From positions 8,346 through 72,345 of the forward strand of contig JAWOHH010000139.1 in the NCBI GenBank assembly GCA_046496215.1: a stretch of DNA of 64,000 nt, written 5' to 3'. Position numbers and translations under genes: made by a program. The stretch comes from Desulfobacterales bacterium. Its GTDB lineage: Bacteria > Desulfobacterota > Desulfobacteria > Desulfobacterales > SpSt-501. Within the stretch, counting starts at the first letter, position 1. Each line of letters starts with the position of its first letter. Shown here piece by piece: positions 27,880 to 38,020 of this stretch. The notes below the pieces were generated by a model, which did not search any database, was not told the origin of the DNA, and saw only the letters and a list, made by a program, of their open reading frames with translations.

Positions 27880-28419
27880 ATGATTTTGCCATTCGGCGCC
27901 AAACAGCCCCGGGTCGGAGCAAATGTTTTCATCGCACCCACCGCCGTCGTCATCGGCGACGTCGAGCTTCAGGAAGGAGCCAGCGTCTGGTACGGGGCGG
28001 TCCTGCGAGGCGACATCGCTCCCATAACGGTCGGCCGCAACTCCAACATCCAGGACAACTGCACCGTTCACACCGAGATGAGCTGCCCCACGCACATCGG
28101 CGCCGGGGTGACGATCGGCCACCACGCGGTCATCCACGGCTGCGTGATCGAGGACGATTGCCTCATTTCGATCGGCGCCGTTCTGCTGAACGGGTCCGTC
28201 ATCCGCCGCGGCTGCATGGTCGCCGCCGGTGCGGTGGTCAAAGAGGGGCAGGAAATCGGGCCCGGGCAGTTGGCGGCGGGTGTGCCGGCCAAGGCCAAGC
28301 GCGCCATGACCGAAAGCGATCGGGAGCTCGTTCGGCAAGCGGTCCATGTCTACTCCGATTTGGCCGCACGGCACGCGAACCTGACCGCCCGAACCAAGAC
28401 CCCGGACGCCACCCCATGA
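27880..28419 (+). CDS. Gamma carbonic anhydrase family (YrdA-like)
   Basis: Hexapeptide repeats, LRGD, NIQDNCTVH, GHHAVIHGC, AGVPAK. Confidence 0.92.
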   Translation: MILPFGAKQPRVGANVFIAPTAVVIGDVELQEGASVWYGAVLRGDIAPITVGRNSNIQDNCTVHTEMSCPTHIGAGVTIGHHAVIHGCVIEDDCLISIGAVLLNGSVIRRGCMVAAGAVVKEGQEIGPGQLAAGVPAKAKRAMTESDRELVRQAVHVYSDLAARHANLTARTKTPDATP

Positions 28420-28624
28420 TGGACACGGCGAAGCTGTTGACCGTGCTGTGGATGAGCTCTACATCGCCTGCCGGCGCTGGGGCCTGAAGAAGATCCTCGC
28501 GATCGTCACTGCCGAGGACCCCGAGTCCTTTTACATCACGGAGATGGCGCGCGACGTGCGCAAGGCCATCCGGCCGCTGTCGGTGGAGTTCACCGGGTGG
28601 CGCGCGGTGTTCAAGCGCAAATGA
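28417..28624 (+). pseudogene. 3' remnant of a DUF2179/DUF5698-like gene
   Basis: Open frame ..DELYIACRRWGLKKILAIVTAEDPESFYITEMARDVRK..TGWRAVFKRK* with host-like codons but no usable start. Confidence 0.5.
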
Positions 28625-28673
28625 GCCCCCGGCTTTGCACGCCGGGGGAAGGAAAGTCTGACGAAACTGCCCG

Positions 28674-30236
28674 TCAGTGCGTTTGCGGGAGGTCCGCCCG
28701 CATCGATGCGATCAGCTTCTGCTTCATCTGCCACATCTTCTCGCTGAGCGACACGTGATAGATGTGGGGGTTCATCAAACGCTTGACGCCCGGGTCCAGC
28801 CGCTCCAGGTCCGCCTGGCGCACCTCGCGGATCTTCGCAATCGGGGGAAAGTCGTATGTCGGCCGGCCCTGATCCAGAATGGTCTCGAGCAGCGGCTCGG
28901 CCTCGACGATGTCCGCCTTCCGCAGCGACCGCTGCAGACGGGCTTCGGTCATGTGGCGCAGAACGATCTCGGGCATGTCGGCCGGAGATTCGTCCTTGCC
29001 GGTCAGCAGGTCCGCCGTGGCCCTGCCGCGCCGATCGTAGAGCCGATAGACGCGTTTGTCCCCGGGGTTGGGGATCTTGGCGGGCGAATCCGAGAGCTTC
29101 ATCGCCGGGACCCACCGGCCGTCGCGCCGCAGGGCCACGAGTTTGTAGACCCCGTTCAAGGACGGGGCGCCGGCCGAGGTCACCAGCCGTGTCCCCACCC
29201 CGTAAGCCAGCCGGCCGGTGATGCGCTCGGCGTCTTTGCCGTTGCGGGCCGCCTCCTGCCCGATCTGGGTCACGATCTGCCAGATGCTGAGCTCGTCCAG
29301 TTCGTTGGAGAGCACGATCGTCGCCTCCGGGAACCCGGCGTCATCCAGCATACGCGCGGCCTCGATGGCCAGGTGGGCGAGGTCGCCCGAGTCGAGCCGG
29401 ATCCCCACCGGCGTGTGGCCCTTGCGCCGCAGCTCCTCGAAGACCCGAATGGCGTTGGGGATGCCGCTGCCCAGCGTATCGATCGTGTCGACCAGCAGCA
29501 CGCAGTCATCCGGGTAAGTCTCGGCAAAGGCCCGGAACGCATCCAGCTCGCTCAACCCCATCGCCAGGAAGGCCTGGACCATGCTGTGGGCGTGGGTGCC
29601 CTTGGGAGGGAAGCCGAGCGCATGCGAAATGCCCACGTTGGAGCTGAAGTGCGCCCCGCCGATCAGGGCTGCACGGGTGGCGGCGGTGACGCCCTTGCCG
29701 TGCCCCCGGCGCGCGCCGAACTCGATGATGAGCTGGCCGCGGCAGCTCTCGTGAATGCGCGCGGCCTTGGTGGCGATCAGCGTCTGGGTGTTGAGGTGGT
29801 TCAGGAGCGAGGTTTCCAGGATCTGGGCGATGGCCAGCGGGCCCGTGACGACCGCCAGCGGCACGTTGGGGTGCACCACCCGCCCCTCGGGGATGGCCCG
29901 CATGGTCAGCGCATCGAAGTGTCCGTTGCGCTCCAGCCACGCCAGGAAATCGGCGCTGAACAGGGGCCGGCCGCCCCGGCCGGTCTGGCTGCGGAGGCAT
30001 TCGATCTCCTTTTGCCGAAACCGGGAGGAGCGCATCCAGTCCGCCAGCCACTCCAGCCCGGCGTTGATGCAGTAGCCCGCCTTGTGGCCGCCGTAATCCG
30101 GGTAGTCTCGGAAGAAGTAGTCGAACTGGGCGGGCTTCTCGTGCAGGCCCATGCGAAAGTACATCTGGGCCATGGTGAACTGGTACTCATCCGTAAACAG
30201 GATCCCCTCGGCCAACTGCTGCTGTGCGGAGTTCAT
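28674..30236 (-). CDS. pncB: Nicotinate phosphoribosyltransferase
   Basis: [49 protein letters not shown]. Confidence 0.95.
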   Translation of the reverse strand: MNSAQQQLAEGILFTDEYQFTMAQMYFRMGLHEKPAQFDYFFRDYPDYGGHKAGYCINAGLEWLADWMRSSRFRQKEIECLRSQTGRGGRPLFSADFLAWLERNGHFDALTMRAIPEGRVVHPNVPLAVVTGPLAIAQILETSLLNHLNTQTLIATKAARIHESCRGQLIIEFGARRGHGKGVTAATRAALIGGAHFSSNVGISHALGFPPKGTHAHSMVQAFLAMGLSELDAFRAFAETYPDDCVLLVDTIDTLGSGIPNAIRVFEELRRKGHTPVGIRLDSGDLAHLAIEAARMLDDAGFPEATIVLSNELDELSIWQIVTQIGQEAARNGKDAERITGRLAYGVGTRLVTSAGAPSLNGVYKLVALRRDGRWVPAMKLSDSPAKIPNPGDKRVYRLYDRRGRATADLLTGKDESPADMPEIVLRHMTEARLQRSLRKADIVEAEPLLETILDQGRPTYDFPPIAKIREVRQADLERLDPGVKRLMNPHIYHVSLSEKMWQMKQKLIASMRADLPQTH

Positions 30237-30310
30237 GGGGGACTTCTACCCGACCGGGCGGGGAAATTCAACCGGCAGGGTGGCGCCGGCCGGGATCGAG
30301 GCGCGCATCT

Positions 30311-31081
30311 CTATTCGTCGATCAGCTTTTTGCGATTCTGGATGTAGCCGTTGCGGATCGCGACATAGGGGTCGAGGGAGGCCTTTTTGATCGCAGCGTA
30401 GTCTCCGATGCGAAAGGTGGTGTCGTTGACGGCCTCGCCGCCCCGGAGGCTCAGGGACAACGTGAGGTTGGAGTACCAGAAAAAGGGGTCCAGGAGGCTG
30501 TCGGGCAATCTCCCCGCGGCATCGCGGATCGTGGCGGGACCGAAAAAGGGCAGCGTCAGGAAGGCGCTGTCCTGCCAGCCCCACACCGCCAAGGTCTGCC
30601 CCATGTCCTCGGGGCTCTTCGCGAGCCCGGGATAGGCGGCGGCCACATCGGCCATGCCCAGCATCCCCACCGTGGTGTTGACGAAAAACGCGGCGAATTC
30701 ATCCCCGCTTTTTTCCCATTTGCCCTGGAGCAGGCAGTTCACGAAGCGCACCGGGAAACGGATGTTGCGCAGGACGTTGCGGAAAATCGTGCGGAACTCC
30801 CAGGGCACGACGGCCTTGACGCCCTTGGCGGCGGGCTCGAGCACGTAGAGCAGCAGAAAATCGTTTATGACGTACATATCGCGGTTGAACGGCTCCAGCG
30901 GGTCCCTCACCGTCGGGCGCCGACCGTTGTCGTCCTCGTCCTCGTCCTCCTCGTAGGCGTTGGCGACCGAGGCGGCGGCAGCGGTCGGCGGGGGCTCCTT
31001 GGCCAGGGCCGGCAGGACCGGGCCATGGCACACCCAGAGGGCGGCCAGCAGAAGGGCGGTAAGCGGGAGTCTAACGCGCAT
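30311..31081 (-). CDS. mlaA: MlaA/VacJ family protein
   Basis: DPLEPFNR, NTTVG, EDMGQTLAVWG, LPFFGPATIRD, DPYVAIRNGYIQNR. Confidence 0.9.
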   Translation of the reverse strand: MRVRLPLTALLLAALWVCHGPVLPALAKEPPPTAAAASVANAYEEDEDEDDNGRRPTVRDPLEPFNRDMYVINDFLLLYVLEPAAKGVKAVVPWEFRTIFRNVLRNIRFPVRFVNCLLQGKWEKSGDEFAAFFVNTTVGMLGMADVAAAYPGLAKSPEDMGQTLAVWGWQDSAFLTLPFFGPATIRDAAGRLPDSLLDPFFWYSNLTLSLSLRGGEAVNDTTFRIGDYAAIKKASLDPYVAIRNGYIQNRKKLIDE

Positions 31082-31105
31082 GAATTGTTTTCCCCTTCAG
31101 GCGTT

Positions 31106-31693
31106 CTATTTGGTTTTCTCGATCCGGATGGCCAGTGCCTCGGTCAGCCGCAGGACGACATCCTCGCCCTTGCGAACGTCGCCGAGCCGCTTGAAGCTGC
31201 GATCGACCGTGACGGTCTTGCGGCCCCCATCGGCCTCCAGGATTGCCAGGGTGTGGGCTTTGAGGTCAATCGCCTCCACCTTGGCCGGCATCTGAATGGT
31301 CTCGACCAGTAGGATCGCCGGCCTGGCGCCCTTCGGCGCCACCGAAACCAGACGCGGCTCGAGTGCATTCGGCGGAGCGTCGGCCGGGCGCACCAGAACG
31401 GCAATGGACTCGATGCAATCCACCCGGACCCGATCGCCCCTTTTCAGGCTTTGGAAGTTCTTGACGACCTTGTCCGCCTTGAAGCTGAAGGACCTGCCCT
31501 GCGGGTTCTTCAGCCGCACGATGCGCTTGGCGGAATCGATCGATTCCACGACGGCGCGCATCTCCAGCACATCGGTCACGACGATTCCCGGCTTCCCCGC
31601 GTATTTGTCCGCGGCCGGCGCCGGTCCACCGGCCGATGCCGCTCCGACCCCCACGCACAGGACCACCGCAATGGCCAAAACCAGGTGTTGCAT
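31106..31693 (-). CDS. Exported hypothetical protein with two internal beta-rich repeats
   Basis: Signal peptide; repeats A.VESID..RIVRLK..G..LKRGDRV and A.VEAID..TLAI..G..VRKGEDV. Confidence 0.75.
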   Translation of the reverse strand: MQHLVLAIAVVLCVGVGAASAGGPAPAADKYAGKPGIVVTDVLEMRAVVESIDSAKRIVRLKNPQGRSFSFKADKVVKNFQSLKRGDRVRVDCIESIAVLVRPADAPPNALEPRLVSVAPKGARPAILLVETIQMPAKVEAIDLKAHTLAILEADGGRKTVTVDRSFKRLGDVRKGEDVVLRLTEALAIRIEKTK

Positions 31694-31854
31694 GAGCACC
31701 TTCGACGTCGGGCCTCCCCGAGGGGGCGCATTCGGATACATCATTTAGATTCTATCGGTTTTGGATTAAAAAGGCCAGCACCATTTTGGCACCCAAAATC
31801 CGCGCCACCCCGCAAGGGTTGAACCGGGCCGACAAAAAAGCTGTTAAAAAAAGC

Positions 31855-31882
31855 TTGACAGCTTTTTGAAATACGATATGGT
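31855..31882 (+). promoter_or_regulatory. Putative sigma70 promoter of the trp operon
   Basis: TTGACA-16 bp-TATGGT upstream of the leader. Confidence 0.45.
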
Positions 31883-31906
31883 GTGCGCCCGAGAAAGGCA
31901 GATCCT

Positions 31907-31984
31907 GTGAAGATCGAACCGATTCAGATCCCTCGCGACACGATATCCGGACAGTGGTGGTGGCAGGTCGCTCCCGCGGAGTAG
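31907..31984 (+). CDS. trpL: trp operon leader peptide MKIEPIQIPRDTISGQWWWQVAPAE
   Basis: GAAAGG RBS, GTG start, three tandem TGG codons, upstream of terminators and trpE; not in the ORF track. Confidence 0.88.
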   Translation: MKIEPIQIPRDTISGQWWWQVAPAE

Positions 31985-32007
31985 CCTGCACGACCGGCGT
32001 TTGACAT

Positions 32008-32047
32008 AAAGGATCGTGGGCCGCTCCAGAGGCCCACGGTCCTTTTT
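32008..32047 (+). terminator. Attenuator terminator T1
   Basis: AAAGGATCGTGGGCC-GCTCCAGA-GGCCCACGGTCCTTTTT. Confidence 0.85.
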
Positions 32048-32057
32048 CAGTTTTGAC

Positions 32058-32098
32058 GAAAGGCTGTGGGCTCAAAACCCCACAGCCTTTCTTTTTTT
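32058..32098 (+). terminator. Attenuator terminator T2
   Basis: GAAAGGCTGTGGG..CCCACAGCCTTTC followed by T7. Confidence 0.85.
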
Positions 32099-32150
32099 CG
32101 ATCAGTTCACCGCGGCGGGCACAGGCCACCGCCATACCGATGGAGGCTTT

Positions 32151-33632
32151 ATGATACTCGGTCGTTTTCCCGAACAGAGCAAATTCCTGAAGCTTGCCGA
32201 AAACTACGACGTGGTCCCGGTGTGCGCCCAGGTTTTGGCCGACATCCACACGCCGGTGTCCCTCTTCGGCCGGTTCTACGACAACAAGGGGCCGATCTTC
32301 TTTCTGGAGAGCGTTGAGGGCGGCGAACGCTGGGGGCGCTATAGCTTTCTGGGCTTCTCCTCCCACCTGATCGCGCGGGTCTATGCGGACCGGTTGGAGG
32401 TGGAGCAAAACGGAACCGTGCGCAAAACTCACCACGCCGGCAAGCCGTTCCAGGCGCTCCGGGCGCTCCTGGCGCCCTACCGACCCGCCGACCTGTTCAA
32501 CCTGCCCCGTTTCTGGGGCGGCCTGGTCGGCCACATCAACTACGAGATGGTTTCGTTCCTGGAGGCCATCCCGAACCGCTGGCCGCCCGACCGACCGCTG
32601 GCCTGCTTCATGATCCCGGGAGAGGTGCTCATTTTCGACAACGCACGGCACACACTCCTCATCGTGGCCATCACCTTCCCGAAGCAAGAACCGGCGGCGG
32701 CCTGGGTCGACGCCGAGGCGCGGCTCGAGAGGATCCTGGAAAAGATCTCCGCCCCGCGGGTGCGGCGCCCGGACGTACCCGCCAACGGCAAGCCGGAGCT
32801 CGTCGCCACCCTGGCCGAGGAGGAGTTCCGCGCCACCGTCCGCACCGTCAAGGAGCGCATCCGGGAGGGGGAGATCATTCAGGCGGTGCTCTCCCAGCCG
32901 TTCGCCTGCGCTCACACCCCGGACCCCTGGCGGCTCTACCGGGCCATGCGCTTCATCAACCCCTCGCCCTACCTGTTCTTCGTGCACCTGGACGACACGG
33001 TCCTGGTCGGCTCATCGCCCGAAACCATGGTGCGGCTGGAAAACCGCGTGGCCACCCTGCGGCCCATCGCCGGCACCCGGCCGCGCGGGCGAGCCGAGCA
33101 GGAGGACCGGAAGCTCGCCGACGAGCTGCTGCGGGACGAAAAGGAGCGCGCCGAGCACCTGATGCTGGTCGACCTGGGCCGCAACGACCTCGGCCGCGTG
33201 GCCGAAATCGGCAGCGTCCAGGTGACCGACCTGATGGTGGTCGAACGCTACTCGCACGTGATGCACCTGGTCTCCAACATTCGCTGCGACCTCAAACAGG
33301 GCCTGGACGCCTGGGATCTGCTGGCCGCGACCTTCCCGGCCGGCACCCTGACCGGCGCCCCCAAGGTCCGCGCCATGGAGATCATCGCCGCGCTCGAGCA
33401 GGAACCCCGCGGCCCCTACGGCGGCTGCGCCGGCTACCTGTCGTTCAGCGGGAACATGGACATGGCCATCACCATCCGGACCGCCTGCATCACGAACGGC
33501 CGGCTCTCGGTCAGGGCCGGCGCCGGCATCGTAGCGGACTCGGACCCCGAGCGCGAGCGCCAGGAGACCGTCAACAAGGCCAAAGCGCTCCAGAAGGCGC
33601 TCGAGCTCGTCACCCCGGAAGCGACCCGATGA
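32151..33632 (+). CDS. trpE: Anthranilate synthase component I
   Basis: LESVEGG..GRYS, NPSPY, PIAGTRPRG, EHLMLVDLGRND, GAPKVRAM; GGAGG RBS. Confidence 0.96.
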   Translation: MILGRFPEQSKFLKLAENYDVVPVCAQVLADIHTPVSLFGRFYDNKGPIFFLESVEGGERWGRYSFLGFSSHLIARVYADRLEVEQNGTVRKTHHAGKPFQALRALLAPYRPADLFNLPRFWGGLVGHINYEMVSFLEAIPNRWPPDRPLACFMIPGEVLIFDNARHTLLIVAITFPKQEPAAAWVDAEARLERILEKISAPRVRRPDVPANGKPELVATLAEEEFRATVRTVKERIREGEIIQAVLSQPFACAHTPDPWRLYRAMRFINPSPYLFFVHLDDTVLVGSSPETMVRLENRVATLRPIAGTRPRGRAEQEDRKLADELLRDEKERAEHLMLVDLGRNDLGRVAEIGSVQVTDLMVVERYSHVMHLVSNIRCDLKQGLDAWDLLAATFPAGTLTGAPKVRAMEIIAALEQEPRGPYGGCAGYLSFSGNMDMAITIRTACITNGRLSVRAGAGIVADSDPERERQETVNKAKALQKALELVTPEATR

Positions 33633-33645
33633 AGGAGGACAGGCC

Positions 33646-34230
33646 ATGCTGGTCATGATCGACAATTTCGATTCCTTCACCTACAACCTCTACCAGTACC
33701 TGATGCAGATGGGCGCGGAGGTGCGCGTCGCCCGCAACAACAGCCTCTCCGTGGAGGAGCTGGAGGCGCTGTCCCCGCGAGGGCTGATCGTTTCCCCCGG
33801 CCCCGGCCGGCCCGAAGCGGCCGGGATCACCCTTTCCGCCATCCAGAGGTTCTCCGGCCGCATCCCCGTCCTCGGGGTATGCCTGGGCCACCAGGCCATC
33901 GCGCTCGCCTTCGGCGGCCGGGTCGTCCCCGCCCAGCGCCTCATGCACGGCAAGACCTCCGACGTCACGGCCGACGGACGCACCCTCTTTCAGGGCATCC
34001 CGAGCCCCTTCCAGGCCATGCGCTACCACTCCCTGGCCGTGGCGCGCGACCCGCTGCCGGCCTGCCTGGAGATCAGCGCCGAATCCGACGACGGGGAGAT
34101 CATGGGCATCCGCCATCGCAGCCACCCCACCGAGGGGGTGCAGTTTCACCCCGAATCCATCATGACCACTGTCGGCAAGCGCCTTCTGAGAAACTTCCTC
34201 AAGATGACGCACCAGCCGATGCCGGTCTGA
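33646..34230 (+). CDS. trpG: Anthranilate synthase component II
   Basis: IDNFDSFTYNL, SPGPG, GVCLGHQ, RYHSL, QFHPES. Confidence 0.96.
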   Translation: MLVMIDNFDSFTYNLYQYLMQMGAEVRVARNNSLSVEELEALSPRGLIVSPGPGRPEAAGITLSAIQRFSGRIPVLGVCLGHQAIALAFGGRVVPAQRLMHGKTSDVTADGRTLFQGIPSPFQAMRYHSLAVARDPLPACLEISAESDDGEIMGIRHRSHPTEGVQFHPESIMTTVGKRLLRNFLKMTHQPMPV

Positions 34231-34256
34231 GCGTCGGCCACGGAAAGGAGCCGCTC

Positions 34257-35273
34257 ATGTTCAGAGAGAGCCTTCAAGCCATCATCGCTGGAAAAGACCT
34301 TTCGGAATCGGAGATGTCCATGATGATCGAGGAGATCTTTTCCGGCGGCGCCTCCGACGCCCAGATCGGCGCCTTCATGGCCGCCCTCGCCGCCAAGGGC
34401 GAAACCTTTGAGGAGCTGGCGGGCGCCGCCCGGGTCATGCGGCGCAAAGCCGCACGGATCCAGGCCCCCGGGGCCACCGTGGTCGACACCTGCGGCACGG
34501 GTGGCGACGGCGGGGGCACTTTCAACATCTCCACGACCACGGCCTTCGTGGTGGCCGGCTGCGGGGTGACCGTGGCCAAGCACGGCAACCGCTCGGTCTC
34601 CAGCCGCTGTGGCAGCGCCGACGTGGTGGAAGCGCTGGGGGTAGACCTCGACGTCGCCCCTGAGGTGGTCGAGGAGGCCTTGGGCGAGGTCGGCATCGGA
34701 TTTCTCTTCGCTCCCCTCTTCCACGGCGCGATGCGGCACGCCGCCGCCGCCCGGCGGGAAGTGGGCATCCGCAGCATCTTCAACATGCTAGGCCCGCTCA
34801 CCAACCCGGCAGCTGCGACCTGCCAACTGCTCGGCGTCTACGCCGCGCCGCTGACGGAAATGTTCGCGCAGGCGCTGCGGCTGCTCGGCACCCGGCGCGC
34901 CTTCGTCGTCCACGGGCACGACGGCCTGGATGAGATCAGCGTGTGCGCCCCCACGCGCATCTCCGAGCTTGACGGGAACCTCATCCGCACTTACGACGTC
35001 ACCCCCGAGCAGCTTTTAGGCCGGCGGGCCGACCGCGCGGAGATCGCGGGCGGCGACCGGGCGTGCAACGCCGCCATCACCCGCTCGATCCTAAACGGCG
35101 ACCCCGGCGCCGGCCGCGACGTGGTGCTCCTCAACGCCGCGGCGGCCCTCGTCGCCGCCGGCCGGGCCGAAAACTTAGATGCGGGCATCCGGCTGGCCGG
35201 GGAATCCATCGACTCGGGGGCGGCCTGCGGCAAGCTCGAGGCCCTCGTGCGCTTCACCCGGCAGAACGGGTAG
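34257..35273 (+). CDS. trpD: Anthranilate phosphoribosyltransferase
   Basis: DTCGTGGDG, FNIST, KHGNRSVSS..GSAD, GLDE; AAGGAG RBS. Confidence 0.96.
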   Translation: MFRESLQAIIAGKDLSESEMSMMIEEIFSGGASDAQIGAFMAALAAKGETFEELAGAARVMRRKAARIQAPGATVVDTCGTGGDGGGTFNISTTTAFVVAGCGVTVAKHGNRSVSSRCGSADVVEALGVDLDVAPEVVEEALGEVGIGFLFAPLFHGAMRHAAAARREVGIRSIFNMLGPLTNPAAATCQLLGVYAAPLTEMFAQALRLLGTRRAFVVHGHDGLDEISVCAPTRISELDGNLIRTYDVTPEQLLGRRADRAEIAGGDRACNAAITRSILNGDPGAGRDVVLLNAAAALVAAGRAENLDAGIRLAGESIDSGAACGKLEALVRFTRQNG

Positions 35274-35286
35274 AGGAAAGCCGATC

Positions 35287-36087
35287 ATGGCGACTGACAT
35301 CCTCGAACGAATCGTGGCCGCAACGCGCGCGCAGGTCGACCTTGCCCGCCGCCGGGTGCCGGAGAAGCGCCTGCGCGCGGCGGCCGAACTCCGGCGCGAC
35401 GTCCGACCCTTTGAAGCAGCGCTGCGCCCCCCCGGGCCCTCCGGCGTCAATGTCATTGCGGAGATCAAGCGGGCCTCGCCTTCCAAGGGAATGATCGCCG
35501 CCGGCCTCGACCCGGCGCTCCTGGCGGCCGATTATGCCGCGGGCGGCGCGGCGGCCCTCTCCGTTTTGACGGAAACCGAATTTTTCCTGGGCTCGGCGAA
35601 GGATCTGGCCCAAGCCCGCCGGGCCTGCTCGCTGCCCGTGCTGCGCAAGGATTTCATCATCTGCCCCTACCAGCTCTACGAATCGGCGGCCATGGGAGCG
35701 GATGCGGTGCTTCTGATCGTGCGCATCCTGCCGGAGCGGGACCTGCGCCGGCTGATCGAACTGGCCGCCGGTCTCGGCCTGGCCTCCCTGGTCGAGGTTT
35801 ATTCCGAGCAGGACCTCGAGGCGGCCGGCCGCGCCGGGGCGCATCTGATCGGCATCAACAACCGCAACCTGAGCTCGTTCGTGACCGACCTCGACCACAC
35901 CCTGCGGCTGCTGCCGCGGCTGCAGCCGGGGCAGGCGGCGGTCGCCGCCAGCGGCATTCGCAGCCGCGCGGATGTCCTTCGCTACCGGGAGCGGGGGGTA
36001 TACAACTTCCTGATCGGCGAGAGCCTGGTTCGTTCAGAAAACCCTGCGGGTTTTCTGAAGTGGTTGAGAGGAGCGAGCGACGGATGA
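35287..36087 (+). CDS. trpC: Indole-3-glycerol phosphate synthase
   Basis: IAEIKRASPSKG, LSVLTE, LRKDFI, GINNRNL. Confidence 0.95.
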   Translation: MATDILERIVAATRAQVDLARRRVPEKRLRAAAELRRDVRPFEAALRPPGPSGVNVIAEIKRASPSKGMIAAGLDPALLAADYAAGGAAALSVLTETEFFLGSAKDLAQARRACSLPVLRKDFIICPYQLYESAAMGADAVLLIVRILPERDLRRLIELAAGLGLASLVEVYSEQDLEAAGRAGAHLIGINNRNLSSFVTDLDHTLRLLPRLQPGQAAVAASGIRSRADVLRYRERGVYNFLIGESLVRSENPAGFLKWLRGASDG

Positions 36088-36779
36088 CGCCGGACAAAAT
36101 CCTTCGCGGGAAAGGGGAAAAATCGCCGGGCGGCCCGGTGCAGGTCAAAATATGCGGGCTGACGCGTGTGGACGAGGCCGTGACCTGCGCCGGGCTCGGC
36201 GCCGCGGCCGTCGGCTGCGTCTTCTTCGAACGCAGCCGACGCTGCGTAACTCCCGCGGTCGCCCGCGACATCCGCCGCGCACTCCCGCCGCAGGTTGCCT
36301 GCGTGGGAGTTTTCGTCGACGAGCCCTTCGAGCGCATCATGGCGGTGGCCGCCGAAACCGGCATCACTGCCGTCCAGATGCACGGCAGCGAATCGCCGGA
36401 GCTGGTTCAGCGCCTGCGGCGCGAGAGCCTATTCGTCGTCAAAGCGCTTTTCGCCGACCGGGAGCCCGGCATCGAACAGGCGCCACACTATCCGGCTTCG
36501 GCCATTTTAGCCGAATGCGGCCGGGGGCCGCTTCCCGGAGGCAACGCGCAGGTCTGGGACTGGAGCCAGGCCGCCGCTGTCGGCAGGCACCATCCCCTCG
36601 TCCTGGCAGGCGGTCTCACCCCTGAAAATGCCGCGCAGGCGTGTCGCGCGGCATTGCCGGACGCGCTCGACGTGAGTTCGGGCGTTGAAACAGCACCCGG
36701 ACGCAAGGACCTTCGCAAGATCGCACAATTCATTGCCGCCGTCTCCGACGCCGGCGCACGAAGGAGGATATTCCCATGA
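36084..36779 (+). CDS. trpF: Phosphoribosylanthranilate isomerase
   Basis: [28 protein letters not shown]. Confidence 0.95.
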   Translation: MTPDKILRGKGEKSPGGPVQVKICGLTRVDEAVTCAGLGAAAVGCVFFERSRRCVTPAVARDIRRALPPQVACVGVFVDEPFERIMAVAAETGITAVQMHGSESPELVQRLRRESLFVVKALFADREPGIEQAPHYPASAILAECGRGPLPGGNAQVWDWSQAAAVGRHHPLVLAGGLTPENAAQACRAALPDALDVSSGVETAPGRKDLRKIAQFIAAVSDAGARRRIFP

Positions 36780-38020
36780 TCTCAGCGCAATCGCCAGCAG
36801 CGCCCTCCGGCGGCCGGATGCCCGATGCCGCCGGCCACTTCGGCGCCTACGGAGGCCGGTATGTGGCCGAAACGCTCATGCCGGCCATTCTGGAGCTCGA
36901 GGAGGCCTACCGGGGGATCGCACCGGACCCGGACTTCCGGCAGGAGTTCGCCCGCCTGCTGCGGGACTATGTCGGGCGGCCGACCCCGCTGTTTGAGGCC
37001 GAGCGGCTCACCCGCCACCTGGGCGGCGCCGCCGTCTTCCTCAAGCGCGAGGACCTGGCCCACACCGGGGCCCACAAAATCAACAACACCGTCGGCCAGG
37101 GCCTGCTCGCCCGCCGCATGGGCAAGCGCAAGCTGATCGCCGAAACCGGGGCCGGCCAGCACGGGGTCGCAACGGCCACTGCCGCCGCCCTGTTCGGGAT
37201 GGAGTGCCGCGTCTTCATGGGCGTGGAGGACATTCGGCGCCAGGCGCCCAATGTCCAGCGCATGCGTCTGCTGGGGGCGGAGGTCGTGCCCGTGGCCGGC
37301 GGCACCGGCACGTTGAAGGACGCCATGAACGAGGCCATGCGCTTCTGGGTCGAAGCCGTCGACGATACGTTTTACGTCATCGGCTCGGTGGCCGGCCCGC
37401 ATCCCTACCCCATGATGGTCCGGGACTTCCAGCAGGTGATCGGGGAGGAGGTCGGCCGGCAGCTCGCCGCCGCCGGCCGGAGCGCGGATTGCCTAGTGGC
37501 CTGCGTCGGCGGCGGCAGCAACGCCATGGGCCTGTTCTATCCCTTCCTGGAGGACGAATCGGTGGAACTGGTGGGCGTCGAGGCCGCCGGCAGCGGGATC
37601 GCCACCGGCAAGCACGCCGCCGCCCTCGGGGCCGGCCGCGTCGGCGTTTTACACGGCTCCAAATCCTACCTCCTCCAGGACCCCGACGGCCAGATCCGCG
37701 AAGCCCACTCCGTTTCCGCCGGGTTGGATTACCCCGGAGTCGGGCCGGAGCACGCCTGGCTCAAGGAGACCGGCCGCGCCCGCTACGTGGCGGTCGAAGA
37801 CGGCGCCGCGCTCGAGGCCTTTCAAACCCTCTGCCGTCTGGAAGGCATCATCCCAGCCCTGGAGAGCTCGCACGCGCTGGCCTGGGTCATGGCCGAGGCG
37901 CCGCGGCGGACCCCGCGCGACACCCTGGTCGTCAACCTGTCCGGGCGGGGCGACAAGGACCTCGGGATTGTGATGCCGCGCCTGCAGCCCGCCGGGGTCG
38001 ATCGAAAGGAGACCGCATGA
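36776..38020 (+). CDS. trpB: Tryptophan synthase beta chain
   Basis: [38 protein letters not shown]. Confidence 0.97.
   Translation: MISAQSPAAPSGGRMPDAAGHFGAYGGRYVAETLMPAILELEEAYRGIAPDPDFRQEFARLLRDYVGRPTPLFEAERLTRHLGGAAVFLKREDLAHTGAHKINNTVGQGLLARRMGKRKLIAETGAGQHGVATATAAALFGMECRVFMGVEDIRRQAPNVQRMRLLGAEVVPVAGGTGTLKDAMNEAMRFWVEAVDDTFYVIGSVAGPHPYPMMVRDFQQVIGEEVGRQLAAAGRSADCLVACVGGGSNAMGLFYPFLEDESVELVGVEAAGSGIATGKHAAALGAGRVGVLHGSKSYLLQDPDGQIREAHSVSAGLDYPGVGPEHAWLKETGRARYVAVEDGAALEAFQTLCRLEGIIPALESSHALAWVMAEAPRRTPRDTLVVNLSGRGDKDLGIVMPRLQPAGVDRKETA

Noticed and set aside
31786-31802. TTGGCAC as a sigma54 promoter near trp
   Set aside because: No TTGC/GC at the -12 position.
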